The notes below the pieces were generated by a model. It did no database searches. It had not been told where the DNA came from and saw nothing but the letters and a program-made list of their open reading frames with translations. A stretch of 64,000 nt of DNA from a virus: the IMG/VR virus record IMGVR_UViG_3300042448_001704, positions 1-64,000 of that record; one strand, written 5' to 3'. The position numbers and the translations under genes are program-made. Below, one piece after another: positions 8,836 through 18,914 of this stretch. Positions within the stretch are counted from its first letter, which is position 1, and every line of letters starts with the position of its first letter.

Positions 8836-10833
8836 TTAGTAAGACTCATGCGCTTTATCTGCTGACTTGTATCCATTGATCACATTTCCGATAGCTGATT
8901 TAGCATCTTCTGAAAGACTAGTACTAAAATAGATACCGGACTCCCTAACTTCAGAATCAAGTTTGTAGTAATCAACGATTGGTGATATTGCTTCATTAAT
9001 GCTGTACAGGTGGTCACCTGTTGCTTTAATTCTTATTTCACCAGAAGCCTTCATTTGCATTTCTGGGGCTTGCGCAGCTTCAATTACTGCTGCAATAATT
9101 TGCATTGCTTCTTTTAGCTTTCCCATATTTCTGTTGCTAATCATGCGACCAGCTTTGGTATCCATATCGGTTTCAATTGACTTTTGAAGAGAAAGCAAAG
9201 CGTTAATCATTCTCATTGCTGGTTTTGGCTTATCGGTTTCATCGCCACCGCACCCGCACCCACTGCCGCTTGATTCGCCGGCTTCACGACCAATATGAAC
9301 AACTATGGCACCAGTCTCATCTTCACCAGAATGTTCCCAGTTGGAATCATCAGAAAGAAATTTCATCATTTCTGGTTCTTGGTCAATAAATGTTTTGAGT
9401 TCGTAAACTGCTGATTTCTCAAATTCTGCATACTCTTCAGGTGACTCAAGACCCTTACCAAAACGAGAATCCATACGGTCGTTCCATTGACGGTCGTTCC
9501 AGAGAGAACCGTTAATGCCTTTTTTAATCTTATTACGGCAGTTCTTCATTCCAGGATGATGACATCCCTCATTCGGCCACAGACCCGTTGTTTCGTGGTG
9601 TAGCCAAGCACAGATATTATTCAGTGGATACAGTTCTGGGTGGTCAGCAAGAATTACCCGACAACGACGGAAACCGCCCTCTTTGCGCATAATTGGACGC
9701 CAATACCTGAGCAGTTGTTCAAGATTGCCTCTACGAGGACCGTAACCTCTTGCTACATCCCCCGTGACTCTTTCTTGTGGTGCATCCACTCCTACGATGT
9801 TTGCAATCTGGTTCAATGCATCCGCACCTGGTGCTGCTTTTTCGTCAGTTGACTTTTCACCCATGCATCCACAGCCACATGCTTTTGGTTTGATTTCATC
9901 GGGAACGCCAGGCTGATTGAGTTCGTCGCGATACTGTGAAGCAAATGGATTGCTTTGTGGTTTTTTGCCATTTGGCTGTGGCATTACTGCTGGAGCATTG
10001 TCATTTTCTGGAATGTACATGATTTCTGGCTTTACCCTCATTGGGTTTCCAAACATGAATTCATCACCATCAAAATGGTAAGTGACACGCATGGTCATCT
10101 TTTCGCCTTCATGCATATGGTCAAATATTGCAATGTTTTTATCTGCTGTGCGTAGACGAACTGCGCCACCAAAACGGGTGGCAATTGCTCGTGCAAGGTT
10201 TCCGGCTATGCCAGAACTTGGGTTCATTGCTGGAACTCCACCATCTTCTCCACGAGGACCTGCATAATTGTCGGTATCTTCAACGTCGTAGATGCCAGCA
10301 TTTTTTTCATCTGACTTTATTGAAATGGTTGCAGTCAGTTGGTTTGCGCCATGAAGAACTGGAGAAACTTCGTAAAGTTCAACTTCTTTAAGGATGTTTG
10401 CTTGCATTCCTTGGTCATAATCGGCGTTTAGCGTCTTGTATCCAATAGACCATTCTTGTTCTTCACCAAAGAAGGAAACATCGGCAAATGCTTGCTGACC
10501 ACGATCAGACTTGAGATTGAACTGCACGCGGGCGTAAAGACCACCGATACCAGCACGCTTCATTTTCATTGGAAGGCGTGGGTCGTTAGGGCTTACTTCA
10601 TAAATCTCAAGAACTTTACCTATTGGTTCGTTCCAGTTATGACCCCACACAACACGAGGCTTACGGCGCTTGAGACTTTCAGTAAAGCAGCCTGGAACAC
10701 AAATATCGCCAACTGAGTCTTTGTTGCCGATACCAGCAACGAAGCATTCAACAATGCCTTGTGCCTCGTCAATGTTTATTTGACCTGGCATTACTTTGTA
10801 TTGTGTATCAATTGCTTGCTGAACTGTAGGCAT
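8836..10833 (-). CDS. HK97-family prohead maturation protease with long C-terminal extension
   Basis: GNKDSVGD...F..SL...WGHNWNEPIG...GLY...EWSIGY...LKEVELYEVSPVLHGAN; the catalytic His/Ser pattern is intact; lies downstream of the portal. Confidence 0.92.
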   Translation of the reverse strand: MPTVQQAIDTQYKVMPGQINIDEAQGIVECFVAGIGNKDSVGDICVPGCFTESLKRRKPRVVWGHNWNEPIGKVLEIYEVSPNDPRLPMKMKRAGIGGLYARVQFNLKSDRGQQAFADVSFFGEEQEWSIGYKTLNADYDQGMQANILKEVELYEVSPVLHGANQLTATISIKSDEKNAGIYDVEDTDNYAGPRGEDGGVPAMNPSSGIAGNLARAIATRFGGAVRLRTADKNIAIFDHMHEGEKMTMRVTYHFDGDEFMFGNPMRVKPEIMYIPENDNAPAVMPQPNGKKPQSNPFASQYRDELNQPGVPDEIKPKACGCGCMGEKSTDEKAAPGADALNQIANIVGVDAPQERVTGDVARGYGPRRGNLEQLLRYWRPIMRKEGGFRRCRVILADHPELYPLNNICAWLHHETTGLWPNEGCHHPGMKNCRNKIKKGINGSLWNDRQWNDRMDSRFGKGLESPEEYAEFEKSAVYELKTFIDQEPEMMKFLSDDSNWEHSGEDETGAIVVHIGREAGESSGSGCGCGGDETDKPKPAMRMINALLSLQKSIETDMDTKAGRMISNRNMGKLKEAMQIIAAVIEAAQAPEMQMKASGEIRIKATGDHLYSINEAISPIVDYYKLDSEVRESGIYFSTSLSEDAKSAIGNVINGYKSADKAHESY

Positions 10834-10941
10834 TAAATCTCCCTGTATTCATACAAGAGTAGAACATTTTACAGAGGATCAAAGAAACAAAGGCTAATTA
10901 TTTTAGTCTTTACTTAAAGTGATTTAGAGGGTTTACTGAAA

Positions 10942-13176
10942 CTATCTAATTCTAAGTCTGCAGCGACAGTTGATTGTAGATCCAATTGGAGCAAGAGGGT
11001 CGCCTGGGAATCTAAGCGTTTCGCCGTCAATTACAAATCCTTCGTCCAAATCAACAGTTTTTCCGTGAAGAAGAACATGCTCCCCCCGAACACGACTGTC
11101 CTTACGGGTAATCCATGTTTTTTGAGGTGATCCAGCGGACTTTCCAGCAAAATAAATTCCAGCATTGTGTGATGTTTGTGCTTCAAGTTCAGCCATAGTG
11201 CGTCTGCGTTTGCCGATCAAGTTAGCAAAAATTGCAATTAGTGCGGCCCTAAGCATGCTGTGCTTGTCTTCGTCATCACCAAGAGCCATTGCAATCATTA
11301 CTGCTGCGGCAACTTCGTCACGGGTGTTTGTGTTTGCTTTTTGCAGTCTTGCAACTTGTTCAGAGACAATCTGTTCTATATCTGCTTCTTCAACATCAGG
11401 AGGCATCCCTGACCTTTGTGAACTCAACACAACGGCGTCCATGCCAGCAGATTTAAGAACGGGATAGATGTCTTCGGCAAGTTGTTTGTCCCAAACTTCT
11501 TTGTCAAAAATTGCATCAACTGAAAGATTCTTTTGAATCAATGCTTTTCCTGATTTCGTTCCAGAAGCTTTTTCTAGAACAACACGCTGTTGACGTTCAA
11601 AAAGTCTTTCAAGGGCACGGTCAAGTATTTCAACCCACCTATCGGAGTCTTGTTCTTCTTTTGTGTCCCAATCGTCGTTAATCATTTCGTAATCAGCAGA
11701 TTTCGTCATGAGTTCAGAAGAGGAACCAGAGAGCATGCCGTCGGGAGCCGGAGGAGTTGCCGTCTGCATACCCGCAGGAGCGCCATCAGGTGCCGTAGTC
11801 GGCATTGGTGGAGTTGTGCCCATTGGTGGTAGTTCAGGCGTTGGAGCCTGCCCTGCGGTGTCTGTTAGTGATCCTGGAACGACTCCTGGCATTCCCGGAG
11901 GAGCACCAGCCGCGGCCATATCAACAGGTTGCTGTTCTTCTGGCTTAAATGGTTTTTCAGTATTGGCAATCGGGGTCAAGTTAGGGTTAGCCAAAAGACT
12001 GTCAGCCAATTCTGAATCAACTTTCTTTTTGCCTGTTCCGTCACGATATTCGTTGACACTGATAAGACCCTGTTGATACTCGTCCATCAAGTAGCGCGCA
12101 CGTTCCTGCTTTGCCATGATGAGGATAGGAACGCTTCCCGTATCAAAATCAATATAATACTTTTCATCAAGATCATCCAAAGCACGAGCAAGAGGTTCAA
12201 GGTGTGGAAGCATTGTTTCCAACCAAAAGACTCGCAGTTCTTCTGATGCGTTAGAAAAAGTACGCCCTGCAGCGTTTCCGATAACTGATTCAGGTACACC
12301 AAACGCAGAAAGTATTTCTTCTTTTTGGATTTGACGCATTTGCGTGTAGGCAGCATCTCGTGGCGAGGCTGAAGTGTCAATATAATCAACACCATCTTCT
12401 GATGCGATAACCGTAGTTGAGCCAGTACGACTCAAGTTTCCTCTAAACCTGTTACGCAACTCTTCCTTGTCGTCGTCTTCCATTTCACCACGAACAACAA
12501 GAAGTCCACCCGGACGGCCGTCATTGAGCAAATAGTTGCGGTTATAGAGTTTTGATAAGTTTTCTAACTCAATCGCAATTCCTGCCGCCTCCATTGGAGT
12601 AATAGAAAGATAAGGATCAAGAGGGTGTGGTCTACGAATCCAAATAACATCACTTGGTTTTAGAATGACTTTGGTTCCATTACGCATATCAACTTCATAT
12701 CCAGAAACGAATGTCTTGGGATCAGGAATTGGGGCGGTGTGTTGAGGCGGAAGAAGATGAAGGGCGATAATTTGACCGTCACGCCCTCTTACTTTTTCAA
12801 TAAACACGCCTCTTGAACTCATTAAAAGCTGAGAAGAAACTCTATAGCGGAATATGAAGGAGTTTTCTCCCATATTGGCTTTTGAGTTAAGAATATCTAA
12901 AAGCGGATTGTTTTTATTAACAACTTGACCAGTAGGTGAATTGTCTTTACGCAAAATCATCGGCAGTCTGGCTTGGTTTCCAGCAATTGCATCAATACAA
13001 CGGAAAACCCAAGTTACCTTTTGGACACCTTCACGGTATGCGCGCTCAATATCCCACGAATCCTTGTATGGCTTTCCCGCCATGCCAGCATTGAAAGCAA
13101 CAGGTGCTCCTACATTAAGAATTGACTTTTGTTGCACACCTTGCAGTGATTTTTCATTAAACGAATTCCACGCCAT
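10942..13176 (-). CDS. HK97-family portal protein fused to a MuF/SPP1 gp7-like head morphogenesis domain
   Basis: N-terminal VFRCIDAIAG...PLLDIL...VIWIRRPHP...ILSAFGVP...ISVNEYR (portal). C-terminal KTWITRKDSRVRGEH...PGDP...INCRC (MuF). Confidence 0.92.
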   Translation of the reverse strand: MAWNSFNEKSLQGVQQKSILNVGAPVAFNAGMAGKPYKDSWDIERAYREGVQKVTWVFRCIDAIAGNQARLPMILRKDNSPTGQVVNKNNPLLDILNSKANMGENSFIFRYRVSSQLLMSSRGVFIEKVRGRDGQIIALHLLPPQHTAPIPDPKTFVSGYEVDMRNGTKVILKPSDVIWIRRPHPLDPYLSITPMEAAGIAIELENLSKLYNRNYLLNDGRPGGLLVVRGEMEDDDKEELRNRFRGNLSRTGSTTVIASEDGVDYIDTSASPRDAAYTQMRQIQKEEILSAFGVPESVIGNAAGRTFSNASEELRVFWLETMLPHLEPLARALDDLDEKYYIDFDTGSVPILIMAKQERARYLMDEYQQGLISVNEYRDGTGKKKVDSELADSLLANPNLTPIANTEKPFKPEEQQPVDMAAAGAPPGMPGVVPGSLTDTAGQAPTPELPPMGTTPPMPTTAPDGAPAGMQTATPPAPDGMLSGSSSELMTKSADYEMINDDWDTKEEQDSDRWVEILDRALERLFERQQRVVLEKASGTKSGKALIQKNLSVDAIFDKEVWDKQLAEDIYPVLKSAGMDAVVLSSQRSGMPPDVEEADIEQIVSEQVARLQKANTNTRDEVAAAVMIAMALGDDEDKHSMLRAALIAIFANLIGKRRRTMAELEAQTSHNAGIYFAGKSAGSPQKTWITRKDSRVRGEHVLLHGKTVDLDEGFVIDGETLRFPGDPLAPIGSTINCRCRLRIR

Positions 13177-13352
13177 TATTCACGTCCCAACAGGTATCCG
13201 TAGACGCCCGAACAAAGCCCTATGGTTATAAGTCCATAAGGCAATTCTATTAGTGCTGCACCAGTTCCAGTAAAAAGTATAAAAGAAATCATTAATAAGT
13301 GAGCATTGCTTTGGCGCATTAAAAACCGTTGGAGCAAATCTTTTATTTTCAT
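13176..13352 (-). CDS. Small two-TM membrane protein upstream of the portal
   Basis: MKIKDLL... with two hydrophobic segments; its stop overlaps the portal start. Start moved from 13403 in the track to the ATG at 13352. Confidence 0.65.
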   Translation of the reverse strand: MKIKDLLQRFLMRQSNAHLLMISFILFTGTGAALIELPYGLITIGLCSGVYGYLLGRE

Positions 13353-13418
13353 GTGTATGTACCTTAGCGCAGTTACTTTCCAATAGTACAGTACATACAG
13401 CAAGAAGAAAGCATTATT

Positions 13419-14723
13419 ATGCCCGACTGGAACAAAGTATTAGAATATTTGCAACCGAAGGAGCCTTTATTCTGTCCTGAAGAACCATCAATAACACAAA
13501 AGGTTTTCCTACGTACTTACGCAATGGAAGCTCTTTTTGGTGGCGCTGCCGGTGGTGGGAAGTCGTCTGCGTTGTTGATGGCCGCAATGCAATATGTAGA
13601 TGTACCCAATTACTCTGCAATTCTTTTCAGACGCACCTATGCCGACTTAGCACTTCCTGGTGCTCTCATGGACAGATTCAAAACATGGATTGGCGGACAG
13701 GATGAAATTCACTGGAACGCAAACTCTTATGTTGCGACATTTCCGTCTGGTGCAAGAATCTCGTTTGGATATCTAAACAACACGAACGACTATCTTCGTT
13801 ATAAGGGTTCGGAGTTTCAGTTTATCGGCATGGATGAGGTCACTGAAATTCGTGAATCCGACTACAGATACTTGTTCTCTCGTCTTCGTCGCCCTGCAAC
13901 GGGCCCTCTTTCTCAGGTTCCTTTAAGAATGAGATCCGCTTCAAACCCTGCACCTAATTGGGTTAGGCAGAGATTTATTGTGGAAGGAAAGGAAACTGGA
14001 AGAATTTTTGTTCCTTCTCTTCTGACTGATAACCCTGGAATTGACGCTGATTCCTACCGACAGGCGCTGACTGCTCTTGACCCCGTAGAGCGTCGCCGGC
14101 TTGAGATGGGTGATTGGTGGTCAACCACTTTGGGAACTATGTTTGATAGGACAAACTTTACAATTATAGATTCCACAGAAGTGCCAAATGTCACATCAGC
14201 AGCACGGGCAGTCCGGTTTTGGGACCTTGCAGCCACCGAACCATCTCATTCAAACCCTAACCCAGACTGGACCGTAGGGACATTGATGATTTTTGATCAG
14301 GGAATTGCCTACGTTCTGGATGTCCGCAAAATACGGGCAAAAGGTGAAAAAGTAGAGGCTTTGATTGCCCAAACGGCAGCTGAAGATGGACGAATGGTGG
14401 CTATCAGAATTGAGCAAGAACCAGGTTCAAGCGGAAAAGCCCTAATTGACCAATATGCGAGATATGTGCTCCCAGGATATGATTTATCTGGAATCAGAGC
14501 GACTGGCGATAAAGTGACCAGAGCAAGACCTTTCAGTGCTGCGGTAGCAAATGGCAATGTGCGGATTGTTCGGGCACCTTGGCTAACTGATTGGTTGGAT
14601 GAAATGGCATCATTTCCTGAGGCTTGCGACCACGATGACCAAGTTGACTCTGCTGTGGGTGCGTTCACTCATTTGGCTGGCCTGGGGTTGCCTCAGCGCC
14701 GTCGTGCCAGTATCATAATGTGA
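13419..14723 (+). CDS. terL: Terminase large subunit
   Basis: Walker A GGAAGGGKS, Walker B FIGMDE, coupling motif SASNP, nuclease FWDLA...HDDQVD. Confidence 0.95.
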   Translation: MPDWNKVLEYLQPKEPLFCPEEPSITQKVFLRTYAMEALFGGAAGGGKSSALLMAAMQYVDVPNYSAILFRRTYADLALPGALMDRFKTWIGGQDEIHWNANSYVATFPSGARISFGYLNNTNDYLRYKGSEFQFIGMDEVTEIRESDYRYLFSRLRRPATGPLSQVPLRMRSASNPAPNWVRQRFIVEGKETGRIFVPSLLTDNPGIDADSYRQALTALDPVERRRLEMGDWWSTTLGTMFDRTNFTIIDSTEVPNVTSAARAVRFWDLAATEPSHSNPNPDWTVGTLMIFDQGIAYVLDVRKIRAKGEKVEALIAQTAAEDGRMVAIRIEQEPGSSGKALIDQYARYVLPGYDLSGIRATGDKVTRARPFSAAVANGNVRIVRAPWLTDWLDEMASFPEACDHDDQVDSAVGAFTHLAGLGLPQRRRASIIM

Positions 14724-14759
14724 CAACTAATATTCTATTTATATATTGAAAGGTTCAAA

Positions 14760-15260
14760 ATGGCCTCTATTAACGACCTGTTTTCCGAATTAATGAAAAC
14801 AGTCATGGACGCGGAAGATCAGTTAAATGACTTCCTTGCCCAGAATCCATCCCCTGAAGAACTGGCCGATGCCGTAGTTGCTTTGCATTCTATGAAAAAT
14901 GCGTTTAGTGACGTTTATGGAATGTTTTCAGCACAAGTGATGACCACGCTGCAAAAAGCCAACATTGAAGAAATGGATGCGCATGGTGGAAAGATTGAAA
15001 TTAAAACATCTTCAGATAGAAAGAAATGGGATCACGACAAACTGATTAACGAAGTCGGGCGTCGTCTTATTCAATCATCGGTTGACATGAGTACTGGAGA
15101 AGTGGTACTGTCAACGGAAGACCTCTTAAAAAAGGTTTTGGACTACATACAACCGTCGTATTGGCGGGTTAAAGAACTATCAAAAATAGGTATAAACGCA
15201 GATAATTACTGTGAAGTAGGCGACTACAAAACAAGCATTATTGTTAGAAAGGCAAAATAA
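14760..15260 (+). CDS. Conserved phage hypothetical protein in the recombination module
   Basis: 166 aa, RBS-like GAAAGG upstream, abuts the annealase gene. Confidence 0.8.
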   Translation: MASINDLFSELMKTVMDAEDQLNDFLAQNPSPEELADAVVALHSMKNAFSDVYGMFSAQVMTTLQKANIEEMDAHGGKIEIKTSSDRKKWDHDKLINEVGRRLIQSSVDMSTGEVVLSTEDLLKKVLDYIQPSYWRVKELSKIGINADNYCEVGDYKTSIIVRKAK

Positions 15261-15917
15261 ATGTTAGCAAATACATATCAAAACCTCTACGAGCCATTCG
15301 CTCCCGAAGTAGAAAAAAACCTTAGCAAAGGCGGAGCAAGACTTACTTACATTCCAGTAAGCGAAGTGATTACTCGTCTTAACAAAGTTCTTGGACTTGA
15401 CTCATGGTCATTCAACATTTTGTCATGCTCTCGTGACGCAATTGATCCCGATTACATCGTTGCCCATGTTCGCCTTATGTGGCACACAGATGCAACTCGT
15501 CCAGATTCGTGCATTATCCGCGATGGATTCGGTGGTCAAAAGATTAAGCGCACAAAAACCGGCGACATTGTTGACCTTGGTGACGAAATGAAGGGTGCTG
15601 TTTCTGATGCACTCAAGAAGGCCGCACAAACGCTTGGTGTTGGTCTTTATCTTGCTCGCAGTGAAGAAGCGCTGAGCGCCGAAGAGCCACCAGAACCAGT
15701 AATTGATTCAGCCATTGTGGAACTATGGGACAACTTTGTTCAAGTATCAAAAGGTCTTGACACAGCAGGAAAAACACAACTTGGAAGTTTCTGGAAAACA
15801 TACGCTGGTTCTCGTCCGAAGCCAACAAAACAAACCGCAACAGTAAAAGATTTAGAAGAACTAATTGGCGAATGCCTGCGTATCTCTTTTAGTGGAGCAC
15901 CATCTACTGATGAGTGA
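15261..15917 (+). CDS. Rad52/Rad22-family single-strand annealing protein (Sak-like)
   Basis: LTYIPVSEVITRLNKVLGLDSWSF and KGAVSDALKKAAQTLGVGLYL are Rad52-family hallmarks. Confidence 0.88.
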   Translation: MLANTYQNLYEPFAPEVEKNLSKGGARLTYIPVSEVITRLNKVLGLDSWSFNILSCSRDAIDPDYIVAHVRLMWHTDATRPDSCIIRDGFGGQKIKRTKTGDIVDLGDEMKGAVSDALKKAAQTLGVGLYLARSEEALSAEEPPEPVIDSAIVELWDNFVQVSKGLDTAGKTQLGSFWKTYAGSRPKPTKQTATVKDLEELIGECLRISFSGAPSTDE

Positions 15918-16680
15918 GTTTATTCTTAAACCACCTCCGTATCTTTCTCCATCTTCAATTTCAACATTTCAACAATGTCCGCTGAAGTATAAGTTTTCTA
16001 GAATTGATGGTCTTCAAGATCCGCCAACGGAAGCAACTCTTCGTGGCAACTTTGTTCATAGCATTTTAGAAGATTTATACTCTTTGCCTAAAGATGAACG
16101 AACCCTAGATAGGGCAAAGTTGGTTGCTAAAGAATGGTGGGAGATGGAATATGCCGAAAAGATTGCCCCCTATGTAAAGGGAGACGAGGCCGTACGACTC
16201 TTTAGATGGAGTTCGTGGTGGTGTGTTGAGAACCTGTTTGCAATGGAAGACCCAACAGCGCTTCATTTTGATGGAATTGAAACCGAACTTAACGACACTA
16301 TTGATGGTGTTGCCATCAAGGGCTTCATTGACCGATGGAGAAATACTGATGACGGAATTATTGTCGGTGATTACAAAACCGGAAAAACACCATCTCCTAG
16401 ATATCGTGATGATAAGTACTTTCAACTCCTTCTCTACGCTTATGTGTTGGAAAAACAACTAAATCAAACCGTAAAAGAAATTGAACTACTGTTCATTAAA
16501 GACGCAGTTCTTCTCTCAAAAACAGTTACAGATGAAGATAGAGAAAATGTAAGAAGCACGGTGGTGCACATTCGTAAAGAAATTGACTTACGGTGTGTCT
16601 CTGGTGAATTTGAACCAATCAAGCACAGATTATGTGATTGGTGTAGCTATAAAAAAATATGTCCAGAATGGAATAAATAA
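15910..16680 (+). CDS. RecB/Cas4-like PD-(D/E)XK exonuclease with an Fe-S cysteine set
   Basis: LSPSSI...QCP, GFIDR...DYKTG, QLLLYA, CDWCSYKKIC. Start moved to the ATG at 15910. Confidence 0.9.
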   Translation: MSEFILKPPPYLSPSSISTFQQCPLKYKFSRIDGLQDPPTEATLRGNFVHSILEDLYSLPKDERTLDRAKLVAKEWWEMEYAEKIAPYVKGDEAVRLFRWSSWWCVENLFAMEDPTALHFDGIETELNDTIDGVAIKGFIDRWRNTDDGIIVGDYKTGKTPSPRYRDDKYFQLLLYAYVLEKQLNQTVKEIELLFIKDAVLLSKTVTDEDRENVRSTVVHIRKEIDLRCVSGEFEPIKHRLCDWCSYKKICPEWNK

Positions 16681-17189
16681 TGAATGACGATTCCTTCGCA
16701 AGGCTAGTAGCCGAAGAAATCAAAAATAAAGTATCGGATCAACAGCGCGAGTATCTTAAACTTCCAGAAAACTGGGGAAGATGGCAGCGTGCTGTAAGTA
16801 TTTTATTAAAAAACCTAGACAATCAAGTTGAAGAAATCATAAAAGGCGAACAGCAGGATGTGGCTACATATCAGGCGCTCGGCAGTGAAGGCATAACCCT
16901 TATAGCTGAGGTTGTTTCTGATTCAGCAGAGCGCCGAAAGAAGATTGACCGATTTCGGTTTCATGTTGCTCACCGTCTTGACGAGATAACACGGATGATT
17001 GCTATGTCCACCGATCAGGTTGAAGAACGAATGAAAACTGTTGAGTTTTTACGTCGTGCAATCAAGTCACACAAAGACCTTATGTACGAATATGACCTTG
17101 AAGAAACTGCTATTGATACCGCACTATGGGCAACACTTGACGGGTATTGGACATTTGACGATATTGACGAACACAGTATTTTGGGATAA
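16680..17189 (+). CDS. Hypothetical helical protein
   Basis: 169 aa, coupled (TAATG) to the nuclease gene. Confidence 0.8.
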   Translation: MNDDSFARLVAEEIKNKVSDQQREYLKLPENWGRWQRAVSILLKNLDNQVEEIIKGEQQDVATYQALGSEGITLIAEVVSDSAERRKKIDRFRFHVAHRLDEITRMIAMSTDQVEERMKTVEFLRRAIKSHKDLMYEYDLEETAIDTALWATLDGYWTFDDIDEHSILG

Positions 17190-17191
17190 AA

Positions 17192-17467
17192 ATGGCAGAA
17201 TCAGTAAACTCTACAAATACGCCGATTGGAACTCTTATTTTGAGATATCTAAAAATGAAAAACACCACTGGTGCAAGCGCTTCCCAAATACTTGGAATGT
17301 TCCCTCACCGATTTTCTAAACCTTCGCGGGTGAACGAAAGATTGACTGATCTTCACTCCAAAGGTTATATTAAAAAGAAAAATTCTATGTGTTGGATAAT
17401 CACACCCATAGGAACAAATTTTTTGCAGCGCTATGCTAAAAAGTCCGCATTGCAGGGATCGGATTAA
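17192..17467 (+). CDS. Small winged-helix-like DNA-binding protein
   Basis: Basic, 91 aa; ILRYLK...RLTDLHSKGYIKK...WIITPIG is a wHTH pattern. Confidence 0.6.
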   Translation: MAESVNSTNTPIGTLILRYLKMKNTTGASASQILGMFPHRFSKPSRVNERLTDLHSKGYIKKKNSMCWIITPIGTNFLQRYAKKSALQGSD

Positions 17468-17539
17468 TATGTACATATTTGTAGATATTATTTTGTTTTG
17501 TTCAATGTTTTTTCTTGGAGTTTTAGTGGGGAGTTCAAA

Positions 17540-17773
17540 ATGGAAGGACTAACAATGCAGGAAAAACTTCTAGAAGAACTTAATCAAAAACTATTAAACA
17601 TTGAGCAGTTTGTTGATTCAACAAGCAATAAAGATTTAAAAGAACTATTCTCTTCTGTTATTGATTTAACCGACGAGTATGTTGGTTTCATAGACAAAAT
17701 CAACAAACTTGAATCGCTAGTAAGTGCAAAAGATGCAGAAGTTCAACGCCTCTCCCAGATAGCAAAGTACTAG
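17540..17773 (+). CDS. Small coiled-coil hypothetical protein
   Basis: ATG at 17540 after GGGGAG; heptad pattern. Confidence 0.7.
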   Translation: MEGLTMQEKLLEELNQKLLNIEQFVDSTSNKDLKELFSSVIDLTDEYVGFIDKINKLESLVSAKDAEVQRLSQIAKY

Positions 17774-17777
17774 GCAG

Positions 17778-18914
17778 ATGCCAAGACAGAGAATGTTTCT
17801 AGATATGAGTTGCGTTGATGCGGCCCGTCAACGAATAAGGCACATATATGATACTTTTGATACTGTTTGCGTTCAGTTTTCTGGAGGAAAAGATAGCACA
17901 GCAGTGCTTTATTTGGCTAAAGAAGTTCATGAAGAAAGAGGACTCGGGCCAGTCAAAGTGATTTTCCGAGATGAAGAAATGGTAAGCCCTAAGGTTGTTG
18001 AGTTCGTAGAAAAAGTACGAGATTATGACTGGATTGACATGGAATGGTACTGCCTTCCGGCTGGTCAAGAAATTTGGATTTTGGGTCGCCGTGAATACTG
18101 CTTACTGTGGTCGCAAGCTCGGGCAGATAGAGGTCTTTTGGTTAGGGACATCCCTAAAGGTGCAATCACCGCTAAACACTTTGGCATTGATCCGTATTTT
18201 CCAGCGCCAGAAGGTCACGACTATTACACAATGCAGGGAAAAATGGGAAGAACTGCGTTTCTTAACGGTGTCCGTGCAAATGAGTCAATGATTAGATACA
18301 GATCGTGTGTTCAGAAACTCCACGAAAACTACATCGTTGCGCCTTTCAAGGTTAAGAAGTCAATACCTCTAAGGCTTGCAAAAGTAATTTACGACTGGAC
18401 AACTGATGATGTCTTGAAATTCATCACAGAAGAACACGGTGCTGAGTACTGCGAGTATTACGACCTTGCTTCACTTACTGGAAGCAATACGAGAATTGGA
18501 ATACCTTTGCATTCTGTAGCGATACGGAGAATTGGTGATGTTGTTTCAACTGAACCTGAATTTTATGACAAGCTTTTTGATTGTTTTCCACAAATAGATG
18601 CACAGCGTCGGTGGTGGCCTGAGTTCAACATTGAGAAACTTATCGCCTCTTACGCCAAAAATGGTTATGACGGGGTTCGTGATTGTATTGAGCAAAATAT
18701 GCTCACTCCTGGAATCAAAAATGCAGCGTATAAATTTGCTGGAGAATTTAGGAAAAAGCAAACTAATGATCCTTTTGGGTTTCCAACAGATCATTTGCTT
18801 CGCATTTTGTTGCTTAATGATTTTCAGGCAAACTCTCCTTCGCCTGTCGGTCCAGGAACAAGAGCGCACACGATGAGAATGATTGCTAATGAACAAATGG
18901 AAGAAAATTTATGA
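17778..18914 (+). CDS. PAPS-reductase-like PP-loop protein (IbrA/YbdN type)
   Basis: VCVQFSGGKDS PP-loop, FRDEE, GVRANESMIR, IYDWTTDDV. Confidence 0.85.
   Translation: MPRQRMFLDMSCVDAARQRIRHIYDTFDTVCVQFSGGKDSTAVLYLAKEVHEERGLGPVKVIFRDEEMVSPKVVEFVEKVRDYDWIDMEWYCLPAGQEIWILGRREYCLLWSQARADRGLLVRDIPKGAITAKHFGIDPYFPAPEGHDYYTMQGKMGRTAFLNGVRANESMIRYRSCVQKLHENYIVAPFKVKKSIPLRLAKVIYDWTTDDVLKFITEEHGAEYCEYYDLASLTGSNTRIGIPLHSVAIRRIGDVVSTEPEFYDKLFDCFPQIDAQRRWWPEFNIEKLIASYAKNGYDGVRDCIEQNMLTPGIKNAAYKFAGEFRKKQTNDPFGFPTDHLLRILLLNDFQANSPSPVGPGTRAHTMRMIANEQMEENL

Noticed and set aside
15910-16680. CRISPR-Cas locus from the Cas4-like nuclease
   Set aside because: No array or other cas genes; context is a recombination module.
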